Positions 23,786 through 32,000 of a stretch of DNA of 32,000 nt are shown in pieces. Source of the DNA: Planctopirus limnophila DSM 3776 (GTDB lineage: Bacteria > Planctomycetota > Planctomycetia > Planctomycetales > Planctomycetaceae); the NCBI RefSeq assembly GCF_000092105.1, contig NC_014148.1, positions 5,340,001 through 5,372,000 on the forward strand, written 5' to 3'. The notes beneath the pieces are model-generated. The model had not been told where the DNA came from. It ran no database searches and saw nothing but the letters and a program-made list of their open reading frames with translations. Position numbers and translations under genes: made by a program. Numbering within the stretch: the stretch's first letter is position 1; every line of letters begins with the position of its first letter.

Positions 23786-26700
23786 ATGGCCAAACGTAAA
23801 TCTGCCTCCACTCTTGCTCAACCACAACCAATCCCTGGGGTTGATGATGCTCGAATTGAAGCGGAAACAACTCAACTGGGTGAATTGATCTGGCGACGAC
23901 TCGCTGCCAGACAACCATCATTCTTTGAACAGCGCTGGTGGGATGATCGCATTCTGGCAGCCGCCATGAATGATGAATCTCTCAAGGTGCAGATGTTCCG
24001 GTTTGTGGATGTGTTGCCGCGACTGAAAACGCATCAATCGATGACGCGTCATCTTCAGGAATACTTTGACGAGATTCGTGAGCATCTTCCGTGGGCGATC
24101 CAACTGGTCGGATTTGGTGTGGAGCAGGTCGCTCCTAATTCGATTTTATCCCGAACACTCGCATTTAATGCCCGGAATAACGCTCAACGGATTGCCAAGC
24201 GTCTGATGGGTGGTGAATCGACCGATGATGTTCTCAAGACGATTCATAAACTTTATCGACAAGGCTATCTCTTCTCGCTCAATTACCTGAGCTCGAAAGT
24301 TGTCAGTCAGGCCGAGGCAGATCAGTACCAGCAGCGATATCTCGACATGCTTTCGTCATTGGGCGCGGAGGTCAGCAACTGGCCAGCCCATACGTCATAT
24401 GCCCATGCTGCTGCGGTCGAGGGTAAGTCAGCTGCGACTGCGGAGATTCCTCAACTGCAGCTTTCGCTCAAACTGTCGTCGTTAACCAGCGACTTTCGCC
24501 CACTCGATGCCCAAGGGACCATGCGTGTGGTGCTGGAGCGATTGCGGCCCATTCTCCGTCTGGCCATCGAGCAGCAGGCGATTGTGCAGATCGAGCTGGA
24601 GCATTCGACGACGAATCGATTGATTCTCGATATTGTTCAGCAGGTTCTCTCGGAAAAAGAATTCCAGAGCTGGGCCGATTGCGGCATCACTTTGCCGGCC
24701 TATCTAAAAACTGCGGAAAGCGATCTGACGGCACTGGCAACCTGGGTTCAAAAACGCGGTACACCGATTCGCATCTGCCTGACCAAGGGAGAGTATTGGA
24801 ATCAGGAAATCGCTCTGGCTCAGTCAAAAAGCTGGCCAGTGGCTGTTTTTGAAGAAGAATGGCAGATCGACGAGAACTACGAAAAACTCTCCCGAGCTTT
24901 GATCGATCAGCCGGAGTTATTCAAGCCCGTATTTGCAGGCCAGAGTTTAAGAAGCCTCTGTTACGTTCTGGCCTATGCACAGGCCCGCAATTTGCCCCGC
25001 TCCCGAGTTGAACTGCAATTGCGATACGGTTTGGCCGATGAGCAGGCCCAGGCATTTGCCGAACTGGGTTGCCGGGTCCGCATTGATACGCCGGTCGGTC
25101 ATCATGTGAAAGGAATGGCCCGCCTGGCGCGTCACTTCCTGGAAAACTCTGCGAATGATTCGTTTCTCAGGCAAGGCTATTCCGCCGAAGTCTCCATCGA
25201 GGATCTGCTTATGAATCCCACCGTCGCCGGCCAGACGGCCCGGGTCCGAAAAACCTCGAAGATGTGGACCGTTCCACCCCAGGGCTTCGTGAATGAACCA
25301 GTGACTGATTTTTCAATGCCTGCTCACCGTGAAGCGATGCAGGGGGCAATTGAAAAGGTCGAACATCAATTCGGGCAAACCTACTCGTTGATCATCAATG
25401 GTCGCCGGGAAGATACTCGGCAGAATCTGACAGTTCGTTCCCCTTCCGATAAGTCGAAAGTGCTGGGACTGGTCGCTTCAGCAAGTCCGGAGCAGGCTCT
25501 GGCAGCCATTGATTCGGCCCGACGGGCTTTCGTGCGGTGGTCAGTGATTGAAGCCAGTTATCGAGCTGAATATCTCGAACTGATTGCGCGTGAACTCAGG
25601 CAGCGCCGATTTGAACTGGCTGCCTGGCAGATCTTTGAATGTGGCAAGCCCTGGGCGGAAGCCGATGCTGACGTGGCCGAAGCCATCGACTTCTGCAATT
25701 ACTACGCGATGCAGATGCGCGAACTAGCGGAACCCCAAAGGTTCGATATTGCCGACGAAGAGAACGCTTACTTCTACCGTCCGCGTGGTGTGGTGGTGGT
25801 GATCTCTCCCTGGAATTTCCCCATGGCTGTCCTGACCGGGATGGTCGCTGCTGCCCTGGTGGCTGGAAACACCGTCATCATCAAGCCTGCTGAACAGGCT
25901 TCGGTCACGGCTGCGAAACTGATGGAAATCCTCCAGGCCTGTGGTATTCCGGATGGTGTCATCACCTTCCTGCCCGGTATTGGGGAAGAGATTGGCCCGG
26001 TTCTCGCTGGGAGCCCTGATGTCGATCTTGTGGCCTTTACCGGTTCCACGGAAGTCGGACTGACAGTGAATCAGTCGGCAGCACAGGTCCATGCGGCTGC
26101 ACAATCGATCAAGCGGGTCATTACGACCTTGAGTGGTCACAATGCTATCATCGTCGATGCCGATGCCGACCTGGATGATGCCGTCACGGGTGTGATTGAA
26201 AGTGCCTTCAGTTATGCCGGGCAGAAGTGCTCATCGTGCTCGCGAGTCGTTGTGATTGGTGAAATCTACGACGAGTTCATCAAACGACTCGTGGCCGCCA
26301 CTTCTGATTTGAAGCTGGCCCGTGCAGAAGATCCCGCCTGCCAGATAGGGCCCGTGATTGATGAAGAATCTTGCAAGCGACTTCTGGCACTCATCGAAGA
26401 TGCTAAGCAGACCTGCGAAGTGATTCTTGCGATGGAAACGGGCTCACTGGCTAAGAAGGGATACTTCGTCGGCCCGCACATCTTTGCGAATATTCCGAGT
26501 GAGTCACGCCTAAATAAAGAAGAGATCTGCGGCCCGATTCTCCTCGTCTACAAAGCCGCCGATCTTTCGGAAGCCTTGGGGATGGCCAACAGCGTGCCTT
26601 ATGCTCTGGCAGGTGGTTTGTATAGTCGCAGCCCGGCGAATCTTAAACGGGCCAAACAGCAATTTCTGGCAGGAAATCTCTATCTGAATACTCCGGTCAC

Positions 26701-26863
26701 GACCGGTCTCGTCGCCCGGCAACCTTTCGGTGGCTTCAAACTCTCCGGGATTGGCAGCAAAACGGGCGGGCCAGATTACCTGCCACAGTTCATGGTGCCA
26801 GTCAATGTGACAGAAAACACATCCCGACGCGGCTTCAGTCACGAGACAACGACTGAAAGTTAA
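23786..26863 (+). CDS. putA: Bifunctional proline dehydrogenase / L-glutamate gamma-semialdehyde (P5C) dehydrogenase
   Basis: 1025 aa. The N-terminal half is PRODH-like (FRFVDVLP..., LSLKLSSL, QLRYGL). The C-terminal half is an aldehyde dehydrogenase, with ISPWNFPMAV, VIIKPAEQ, FTGSTEVG and the catalytic-Cys region YAGQKCSSCSR. No N-terminal ribbon-helix-helix domain is obvious. Confidence 0.9.
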   Translation: MAKRKSASTLAQPQPIPGVDDARIEAETTQLGELIWRRLAARQPSFFEQRWWDDRILAAAMNDESLKVQMFRFVDVLPRLKTHQSMTRHLQEYFDEIREHLPWAIQLVGFGVEQVAPNSILSRTLAFNARNNAQRIAKRLMGGESTDDVLKTIHKLYRQGYLFSLNYLSSKVVSQAEADQYQQRYLDMLSSLGAEVSNWPAHTSYAHAAAVEGKSAATAEIPQLQLSLKLSSLTSDFRPLDAQGTMRVVLERLRPILRLAIEQQAIVQIELEHSTTNRLILDIVQQVLSEKEFQSWADCGITLPAYLKTAESDLTALATWVQKRGTPIRICLTKGEYWNQEIALAQSKSWPVAVFEEEWQIDENYEKLSRALIDQPELFKPVFAGQSLRSLCYVLAYAQARNLPRSRVELQLRYGLADEQAQAFAELGCRVRIDTPVGHHVKGMARLARHFLENSANDSFLRQGYSAEVSIEDLLMNPTVAGQTARVRKTSKMWTVPPQGFVNEPVTDFSMPAHREAMQGAIEKVEHQFGQTYSLIINGRREDTRQNLTVRSPSDKSKVLGLVASASPEQALAAIDSARRAFVRWSVIEASYRAEYLELIARELRQRRFELAAWQIFECGKPWAEADADVAEAIDFCNYYAMQMRELAEPQRFDIADEENAYFYRPRGVVVVISPWNFPMAVLTGMVAAALVAGNTVIIKPAEQASVTAAKLMEILQACGIPDGVITFLPGIGEEIGPVLAGSPDVDLVAFTGSTEVGLTVNQSAAQVHAAAQSIKRVITTLSGHNAIIVDADADLDDAVTGVIESAFSYAGQKCSSCSRVVVIGEIYDEFIKRLVAATSDLKLARAEDPACQIGPVIDEESCKRLLALIEDAKQTCEVILAMETGSLAKKGYFVGPHIFANIPSESRLNKEEICGPILLVYKAADLSEALGMANSVPYALAGGLYSRSPANLKRAKQQFLAGNLYLNTPVTTGLVARQPFGGFKLSGIGSKTGGPDYLPQFMVPVNVTENTSRRGFSHETTTES

Positions 26864-27078
26864 ATCATGGAAGTTGAAACCATAAAAGGCGCGAGGTTCG
26901 ACAATCAATGAATGTCAGCCCGAACTCGAGCATGAAGTCGGGTATCAGAATTCAACTGTGATGTGTGCGCCTGGCTCGCAGCTTGTCTTCTGAGAATACG
27001 TAGCAAGTATGCCTCAACAACTCGTCTTCGCCACAAAACTATCACCCTGGGGTGGCCCGGCCAACTTGTAGCCGGATT

Positions 27079-27123
27079 GTCGTGCATCACCACGACAGCA
27101 AGATGCACGCGCCATGCGCGTGC
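27079..27123. terminator. Two adjacent GC-rich hairpins between the convergent putA and GT4 genes (candidate terminators, no U-tract)
   Basis: gtcgtg-catcac-cacgac (27079..27096) and gcacgcgc-cat-gcgcgtgc (27105..27123) are both perfect stems. Confidence 0.3.
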
Positions 27124-27166
27124 TCGCCCAACCTCTTTCAGGTTCTCACAAGACTTCAAAGTCAGT

Positions 27167-28315
27167 CTATCGTTTCGAGAGCTGGGGGATGGCAACGGTG
27201 GTCAAACCCGCCATGCGCTCGTCGAGAACTTCACGGTAGACCTCGACTGTCGCTTCCACCATATGTTCAACATTGAACTCGGTCTCGGCTTCGAGCATGG
27301 CAGCAGCACCAATTCTGCGGGCTAATTCGGGATTGGTAAGCAGTTCAATGATTCTTTCGGCCAGACGGACACTGTCTGATGGAGGGACCAGCAGCCCTGT
27401 CTGATTGTCGCGAACGACGTTGAAGACGCCTCCCACACTCGTCGCAATCACCGGACGGCCCATGGCCATCGCTTCGAGCATGATGGTGCCAATCCCCTGC
27501 TGCAGCGAAGGGAGGCAAAAGATATCCATGGCACTTAACGCATCAGAAAAATCGAGCAGATTTGGCACAAATGTCACATGTTCATGAATACCCAGCGTGC
27601 GGGCTAACTTGCGTAAACTGGTCTCTTCCGGCCCGGCCCCCGCAATCAAAAATTCGACGTCGCGATGTGTCCCGAGCACGTGGGCTGCCGCAGCGAGAAA
27701 AAACGGAAACCCTTTGACAGCCTCCAGGGGGCCTGCCGTACCAACCACGGGAACTTTCCCTGATTTCAAGACCAGCGATTTATCTTCATCACTGGCCCGA
27801 GGCACACCACAGGGAATGACCACAAAGAGATCTTCCGGCAGCCCCGATCGCTCGACAAGTGCCGCTTTGACCGATTCACTCACAGTGATTATCCGCCGGC
27901 ATAAAGCGAGATCAGGCTGCAGAAATTCATGACTCTGCATGTAATCGTGAACTGTGAGCACATAAGGTCGATTGAGCCGGCGGGCAATCCATTCACCATG
28001 CCACATCGCTGTGCGTGATTGAATATGAATCAGATCAGGGGGATGGGCCAGAAGTTTGCGGCAATAAAGCTCCAGCACAACCCACTTCCAGGCGGGTGCT
28101 TCAAGATAAGGGAGCACTTCAATGCCCAACGCCTTGCGACGCGCCAGATCAACCGTCGAGGCACCGGGGCAGACAATACTCTGAACAAACCCGTATTCAG
28201 GCAATCGTTCGGCCAGCCTGAGGGTGTAGACCGAACTCCCCCGAAACTGGAAGTTCGAAGAGACCATCAACAATGAAAGATCGTCGCGGGACATACCCTC
28301 ATCATACTGCACCAC
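27167..28315 (-). CDS. Glycosyltransferase family 4 (GT-B, retaining)
   Basis: 382 aa. The C-terminal motif PSLQQGIGTIMLEAMAMGRPVIATSVGGVFNVVRDNQTGLLV is classic GT4 (E-x7-E). The N-terminal domain is YVLTVHDY. Confidence 0.85.
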   Translation of the reverse strand: MVQYDEGMSRDDLSLLMVSSNFQFRGSSVYTLRLAERLPEYGFVQSIVCPGASTVDLARRKALGIEVLPYLEAPAWKWVVLELYCRKLLAHPPDLIHIQSRTAMWHGEWIARRLNRPYVLTVHDYMQSHEFLQPDLALCRRIITVSESVKAALVERSGLPEDLFVVIPCGVPRASDEDKSLVLKSGKVPVVGTAGPLEAVKGFPFFLAAAAHVLGTHRDVEFLIAGAGPEETSLRKLARTLGIHEHVTFVPNLLDFSDALSAMDIFCLPSLQQGIGTIMLEAMAMGRPVIATSVGGVFNVVRDNQTGLLVPPSDSVRLAERIIELLTNPELARRIGAAAMLEAETEFNVEHMVEATVEVYREVLDERMAGLTTVAIPQLSKR

Positions 28316-28516
28316 CCGGGCAAATGCGCGCTGTGTTTGATTTGGCGCAACTCGCGGGTCATAAGTCGTTTATTTGTATTATTTTACAATATAGACCAAT
28401 CGTCGGTTTGTGGCCCGCCAGCGTACTTCGGCTGATCTTGCCGACAAACGGCCATTTGAACTACAAGACGCTCTTCAGGTTCATCGCCTGGTGAATTCAG
28501 AGGTTCATACCTGTGG

Positions 28517-29101
28517 ATGAATGAACTCTTCTCGCGATACGTTCGATGGGGCAGGGACGCCTTGGAATACTCGCTCAAACCGCTCGGCAAGATCTGTGCG
28601 GCGACAGGATCTCCGCTGTCTCCGGGAACTGTCTGTCGGTGCGTTCTTGTTGAGCAGAATGGGCAGACTCTTCGTCTCGATTATCGACACGATGCCTGGC
28701 CCGGACCTGTCCCGAATCAACTCGCTGTCTGGAAGACAGTCGTTCCTCCACCACTCAATCCGGATGCTGTGCATCTTGACTCGGATCGACTGCTGGAGTT
28801 ACTCGAAGAACCAGTCCCTGAGTTTTCCGATGATCTGCACGAATCACAGCACGATCAGCAGGAACTAGCGGGATACTCAGAAGCCGAAGCCATTCGTTAT
28901 GTGGCGGCTCTGTTCCTGCTCCAAAGAAGAAAACTCAAACTCGACGACGCGGTCTCGCGCCAAGGTGTCGAAACCTTGCGGCTGTTGGGCAGCCGGGGAG
29001 AAGGCCCATTTGAACTGGTCAATCTGCGACTGAAAGATGAAGAGATCCATGCGATCATTCAGAAGCTGAAACAACGTCTGGCGACGGAGGTCTCGACATG
29101 A
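28517..29101 (+). CDS. Hypothetical protein
   Basis: 194-aa ORF with coding-like composition and an acidic central region. Its stop overlaps the ATG of the next gene (ATGA at 29098-29101). I recognise no family. Confidence 0.5.
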   Translation: MNELFSRYVRWGRDALEYSLKPLGKICAATGSPLSPGTVCRCVLVEQNGQTLRLDYRHDAWPGPVPNQLAVWKTVVPPPLNPDAVHLDSDRLLELLEEPVPEFSDDLHESQHDQQELAGYSEAEAIRYVAALFLLQRRKLKLDDAVSRQGVETLRLLGSRGEGPFELVNLRLKDEEIHAIIQKLKQRLATEVST

Positions 29102-29997
29102 TGAGCTCCATACCAGCAGCCAATACTTCAACAAAGGATCGGGCAGAACCTGTTTGCAGCAGACGAGCTGCCCTGGGAATGCTGGCTTTTGGCAGTTTGC
29201 AGGGGTGTAATTCACTTCGAAACTGGCAAAAAACCGATGAGTTTGCCAAGCGATCCAACTGTCCGTTAGGCAATGCCGCCACGGCTGATGATTACGTCGC
29301 GCATCTCAATCAGAATGTGGATCGGATCGAAGGCTGGCGTGCCGGGCGTGTCCATATTCGCGCCAACCATATTCCACTCACAGCGGAAATTGCGGTGCAG
29401 AAATCGCAGTTGCTGAGAATTTCCGTGACCAGCGCACTGGGTCAGGAAGTCGATCTGGGATCGAACGAAGAGATTTTCTGGTTCTGGGCCAAGCGAAATG
29501 ATCCCCCCGATCTGATGTTTGTGCGCCATGAGGAAATGGCCGAAGTTCAACAGAATATGCCCATTCCTTTTGAGCCGGGCTGGTTGATGGAAGCGCTGGG
29601 TGTGGCGCCTTTCGATGCCAGTACGATGACACTCAATCGAGCGGGTGATGGTCGCACGGTGGCTTTAACCAGTTCGCACCTTTCTCCTGCCGGAATCCCC
29701 ATTCGCAAGGTCATCACTGTCGATGCCTGTCATGGCCTGGTGCTGGAGCATGGCCTCTACGATCCAAAGGGACGAGTAGTGGCTCAAGGTCGGCTCAAAA
29801 ATCATTTTCGTGACCAGCACTCCGGGGCAGTTCTCCCTCGCCAGATGACACTCGACTGGCCCTTGGCACAAATGAATATGGTCCTGAACTTCGACAAAAT
29901 CGAAGTGAATCCGGGGGAGCTACCACAACAGGTCTGGCAGCCGCCGCAGATGCCCCAGACACGATTGGTCAACATGGCAGAAGCCATGCGCAGCTAG
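29098..29997 (+). CDS. Putative lipoprotein with a twin-arginine-like signal (LolA-like/DUF4292-like is only a tentative impression)
   Basis: CSRRAALGMLAFGSLQGCNS contains an RR motif, a hydrophobic core and the lipobox L-Q-G-C. The gene is translationally coupled to 28517..29101. Confidence 0.6.
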   Translation: MMSSIPAANTSTKDRAEPVCSRRAALGMLAFGSLQGCNSLRNWQKTDEFAKRSNCPLGNAATADDYVAHLNQNVDRIEGWRAGRVHIRANHIPLTAEIAVQKSQLLRISVTSALGQEVDLGSNEEIFWFWAKRNDPPDLMFVRHEEMAEVQQNMPIPFEPGWLMEALGVAPFDASTMTLNRAGDGRTVALTSSHLSPAGIPIRKVITVDACHGLVLEHGLYDPKGRVVAQGRLKNHFRDQHSGAVLPRQMTLDWPLAQMNMVLNFDKIEVNPGELPQQVWQPPQMPQTRLVNMAEAMRS

Positions 29998-30019
29998 TTC
30001 ATTCTGGAACTGGCGACGA

Positions 30020-30976
30020 TCAGTTCCATTCCACGGGATGTTCCAGCCGGCCGATGATGCGCTGGAGCCGTGACATCCGCTGTTGGGCTTCCTCAAGTTG
30101 CGGCTGAGCCTGAGCTTTCTCGAAATGCGAGATGGCTTTTTTCAAACGTCTGCCCGCCCGTTTGTATTCACCATGCACTTCGCACAGCTGGGCCACATGC
30201 AGTTGATCGAGCCCCATCCCCAGTTGGTCACCCGCTTGACGATGATGTCGCCATGCCAGACGGAGCCGGGAGAAGGTTTCATCCGCATCGCCATTGAGCA
30301 TCGCGACGAGAGCCAAAGTTCCCCAATCAGCACCCGATTGATCGGGTAACTCGGAGAACTCAGCACTCTCGTCGTCACATTCCAGGCTTAAAGCAGCCTG
30401 CGCAAGTTGATCGGCTAAAGTCACTCGTGAAGCCATCAAGGCATCGAGTGCGAGATTTGAAAGATCGAAAGCGTCTGACGATTCACTGGAATAAAGGGCC
30501 AGTTGCTGAAAGCGCCGGGCACTCGTGAAGTCGCCAATCTGGCGGTACACCCGGGCAATCATCGATGACGCTCGCGATTGCGTCTGGCGACAGCCCAATT
30601 CGCTGGCAAAATCTTGAAGTTGACAGGCATAACCCATGGCATCACGCAGATGACCACGCCGGAGGGAGAGAATCGTAAACAACTCCAGGCATTCGCGTGG
30701 CGCCACTTCAGCATCGCAAAGACGATTTAACAGCAGGTCGGCATCATCCAGTTGACCCTGCAGAATCGACTGGGAGATGTCGTCGAGAACTCCGTGAATC
30801 CAGCTCTCGGATTCAATCGACTCGCTCTCATTCAGACCACCATGATCGTGATCGTTCTGGCCGTGGCGATTGGTGGAATCGTTGCCGGAGCGCGCCACTT
30901 CATCGTCGCCGAAAGGCGAACCTTCGGCAGGTTGATTATCTGACGGATAGAACATGTCCTTCGTCCTTCTCTTCAT
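30020..30976 (-). CDS. Hypothetical helical-repeat (TPR-like) protein with an acidic N-terminal region
   Basis: 318-aa ORF. Repeated helix-pair segments resemble TPR units (AMGYACQLQDFASELG, IARVYRQIGDFTSARRFQQLALY, HVAQLCEVHGEYKRAGRRLKKAISHFEKA). Confidence 0.55.
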   Translation of the reverse strand: MKRRTKDMFYPSDNQPAEGSPFGDDEVARSGNDSTNRHGQNDHDHGGLNESESIESESWIHGVLDDISQSILQGQLDDADLLLNRLCDAEVAPRECLELFTILSLRRGHLRDAMGYACQLQDFASELGCRQTQSRASSMIARVYRQIGDFTSARRFQQLALYSSESSDAFDLSNLALDALMASRVTLADQLAQAALSLECDDESAEFSELPDQSGADWGTLALVAMLNGDADETFSRLRLAWRHHRQAGDQLGMGLDQLHVAQLCEVHGEYKRAGRRLKKAISHFEKAQAQPQLEEAQQRMSRLQRIIGRLEHPVEWN

Positions 30977-31615
30977 TAGCCCAATGAATCGAAGACGAGC
31001 AACTCAAACACAACTTGTGGCGCGTGTTGTTTTGAGGGCGTCCAATGTGATGAGACCTGAGTCCATTCAGAGAATATCAGATTTGCCTATTCTCGCAATA
31101 GATCTCTTTTTAATTATTTTACCCAATTTTCCTAAATGTCGCTTTTTCTCATCATTCCAGCATGAACAGGAGAGCACATCCGGGCGTGTGGAAATCGATC
31201 GACTTTCGATGATTGATCAGAATTCCCGGGGGACGAGGGGTTGATTCAACCCTTCTTTGCATAGGAACTTTGGGCAGATCGTGTTAAATTTGCAGGTTGT
31301 GGTAGGGCGTCATGCAATCCGTCAAATGTCGGATGCTGTGCTTGCCAGACTCGACAGCATTTACTCTAAACTAAAGTCATTTCACAGTTTGCACATTCAT
31401 CGGGTCGCTGCCAACCATCCATCAGGCGTGACTCACTCTGAGGCGATGTCTCGTGAAGATCGCCGCCAGAGGATTAGTTTTTCTTCGATAGATAAGCTGT
31501 TGGATTGGATGAGGTTGTCAATCATTCAGTCTGTCAGATCCACATTCGACAAACGATAGACTCCAGTGCCGGTGACGACCTCAGGTCATCGCGGCCGACA
31601 GGGAAGGAAACAGGA

Positions 31616-32000
31616 ATGGCCGTCGATCTTTACCAGCCCTGCCCGTGTGGCAGTGGGAAGAAACTCAAATTCTGCTGTGCACCGATCTCCGACGAAATGT
31701 CGCGTGTCGACCGGTTGATCGCAGATGGCCAGTTACGCCCTGCATTAACGGCCCTCGAAGCTCTCGACCGCAAAGTGACTCCCGATACGTCCAGCCATGC
31801 CTGGATTGTGACCACGACATCCACCGTCCATTTGCAGATGGAACGGCCAGATCTCGCTCGCGATCTGCTCAAAAAACTGCTCGAGACTCATACCGACAAC
31901 GACTACGCTTTCTGCCTCTATGCGATGGCTTCGCTCGCGACAGACAGCTACGAACCGTCTCGCAAAATCATCCAGAAGGCATTCTTCCGCTGCACCCGCA
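31616..32000 (+). CDS. SEC-C motif (CPCGSGKK.K.CC) metal-binding domain protein, N-terminal part (continues past the window end)
   Basis: My own translation from the ATG at 31616, with GGAAGGAAACAGGA upstream, gives MAVDLYQPCPCGSGKKLKFCCAPISDEMSRVDRLIADGQ.... The frame is open to position 32000. It is not in the supplied track because there is no stop in the window. Confidence 0.75.
   Translation, partial: MAVDLYQPCPCGSGKKLKFCCAPISDEMSRVDRLIADGQLRPALTALEALDRKVTPDTSSHAWIVTTTSTVHLQMERPDLARDLLKKLLETHTDNDYAFCLYAMASLATDSYEPSRKIIQKAFFRCTR

Noticed and set aside
26905-27195. 96-aa minus-strand ORF in the putA / GT4 convergent spacer
   Set aside because: It overlaps the 3' end of the GT4 gene, has no SD and has an Arg-rich, non-coding-like composition. 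The region is better explained by terminator-like hairpins.
1-32000. CRISPR arrays, tRNA/rRNA genes, transposases and integrases
   Set aside because: I saw no regularly spaced short direct repeats, no tRNA-like T-arm/anticodon structures, no rRNA-like sequence and no DDE or tyrosine/serine recombinase-like ORF when reading the six-frame track.

Overview
The window looks like bacterial chromosome. Hand-counted 60-nt lines in housekeeping genes give about 55% G+C. The gene content fits a Planctomycetota-type genome (inference only, nothing was searched).

The right two-thirds (10-32 kb) is mostly ordinary:
- sugar-phosphate isomerase-like TIM barrel, HEAT-repeat protein, TspO and a signal-anchored SAM methyltransferase
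- a GspE-type ATPase behind a very long GspD-like protein
- CorA, a DAG-kinase-like lipid kinase, KdsA, a TPR protein, bifunctional PutA and a GT4 glycosyltransferase
- a translationally coupled hypothetical/lipoprotein pair, a TPR-like protein and a SEC-C-motif protein

The left third (1-10 kb) is accessory-like and compositionally mosaic, and it holds the most interesting structure. An 860-aa protein fuses a GT-A glycosyltransferase carrying ppGalNAc-T-like DxH and WGxED...SRVxHxF motifs, through a PSPE-repeat linker, to a beta-rich C-terminal module. Directly downstream lies a divergent single-pass membrane protein. After that come an N-terminally truncated orphan copy of only the C-terminal module with its own divergent membrane partner, two further membrane-partner paralogs, and a duplicated 156-bp gene-start fragment. 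This layout resembles the orphan cassette arrays of polymorphic toxin/immunity loci. No toxin, secretion signal or mobility gene is recognisable, so the function is open.

Other notable items:
- two more glycosyltransferases transcribed divergently from the fusion gene
- a low-GC islet with a small protein plus a minimal nucleotidyltransferase pair (toxin-antitoxin-like) and a truncated duplicate
- a 162-nt compound inverted repeat flanked by about 75-bp direct repeats that duplicate the gspE 3' end and a terminator-like hairpin
- a GspD-like protein with N0 and repeated N-domains, but no secretin beta-barrel that I can see

No rRNA, tRNA, CRISPR array, transposase or integrase was recognised.
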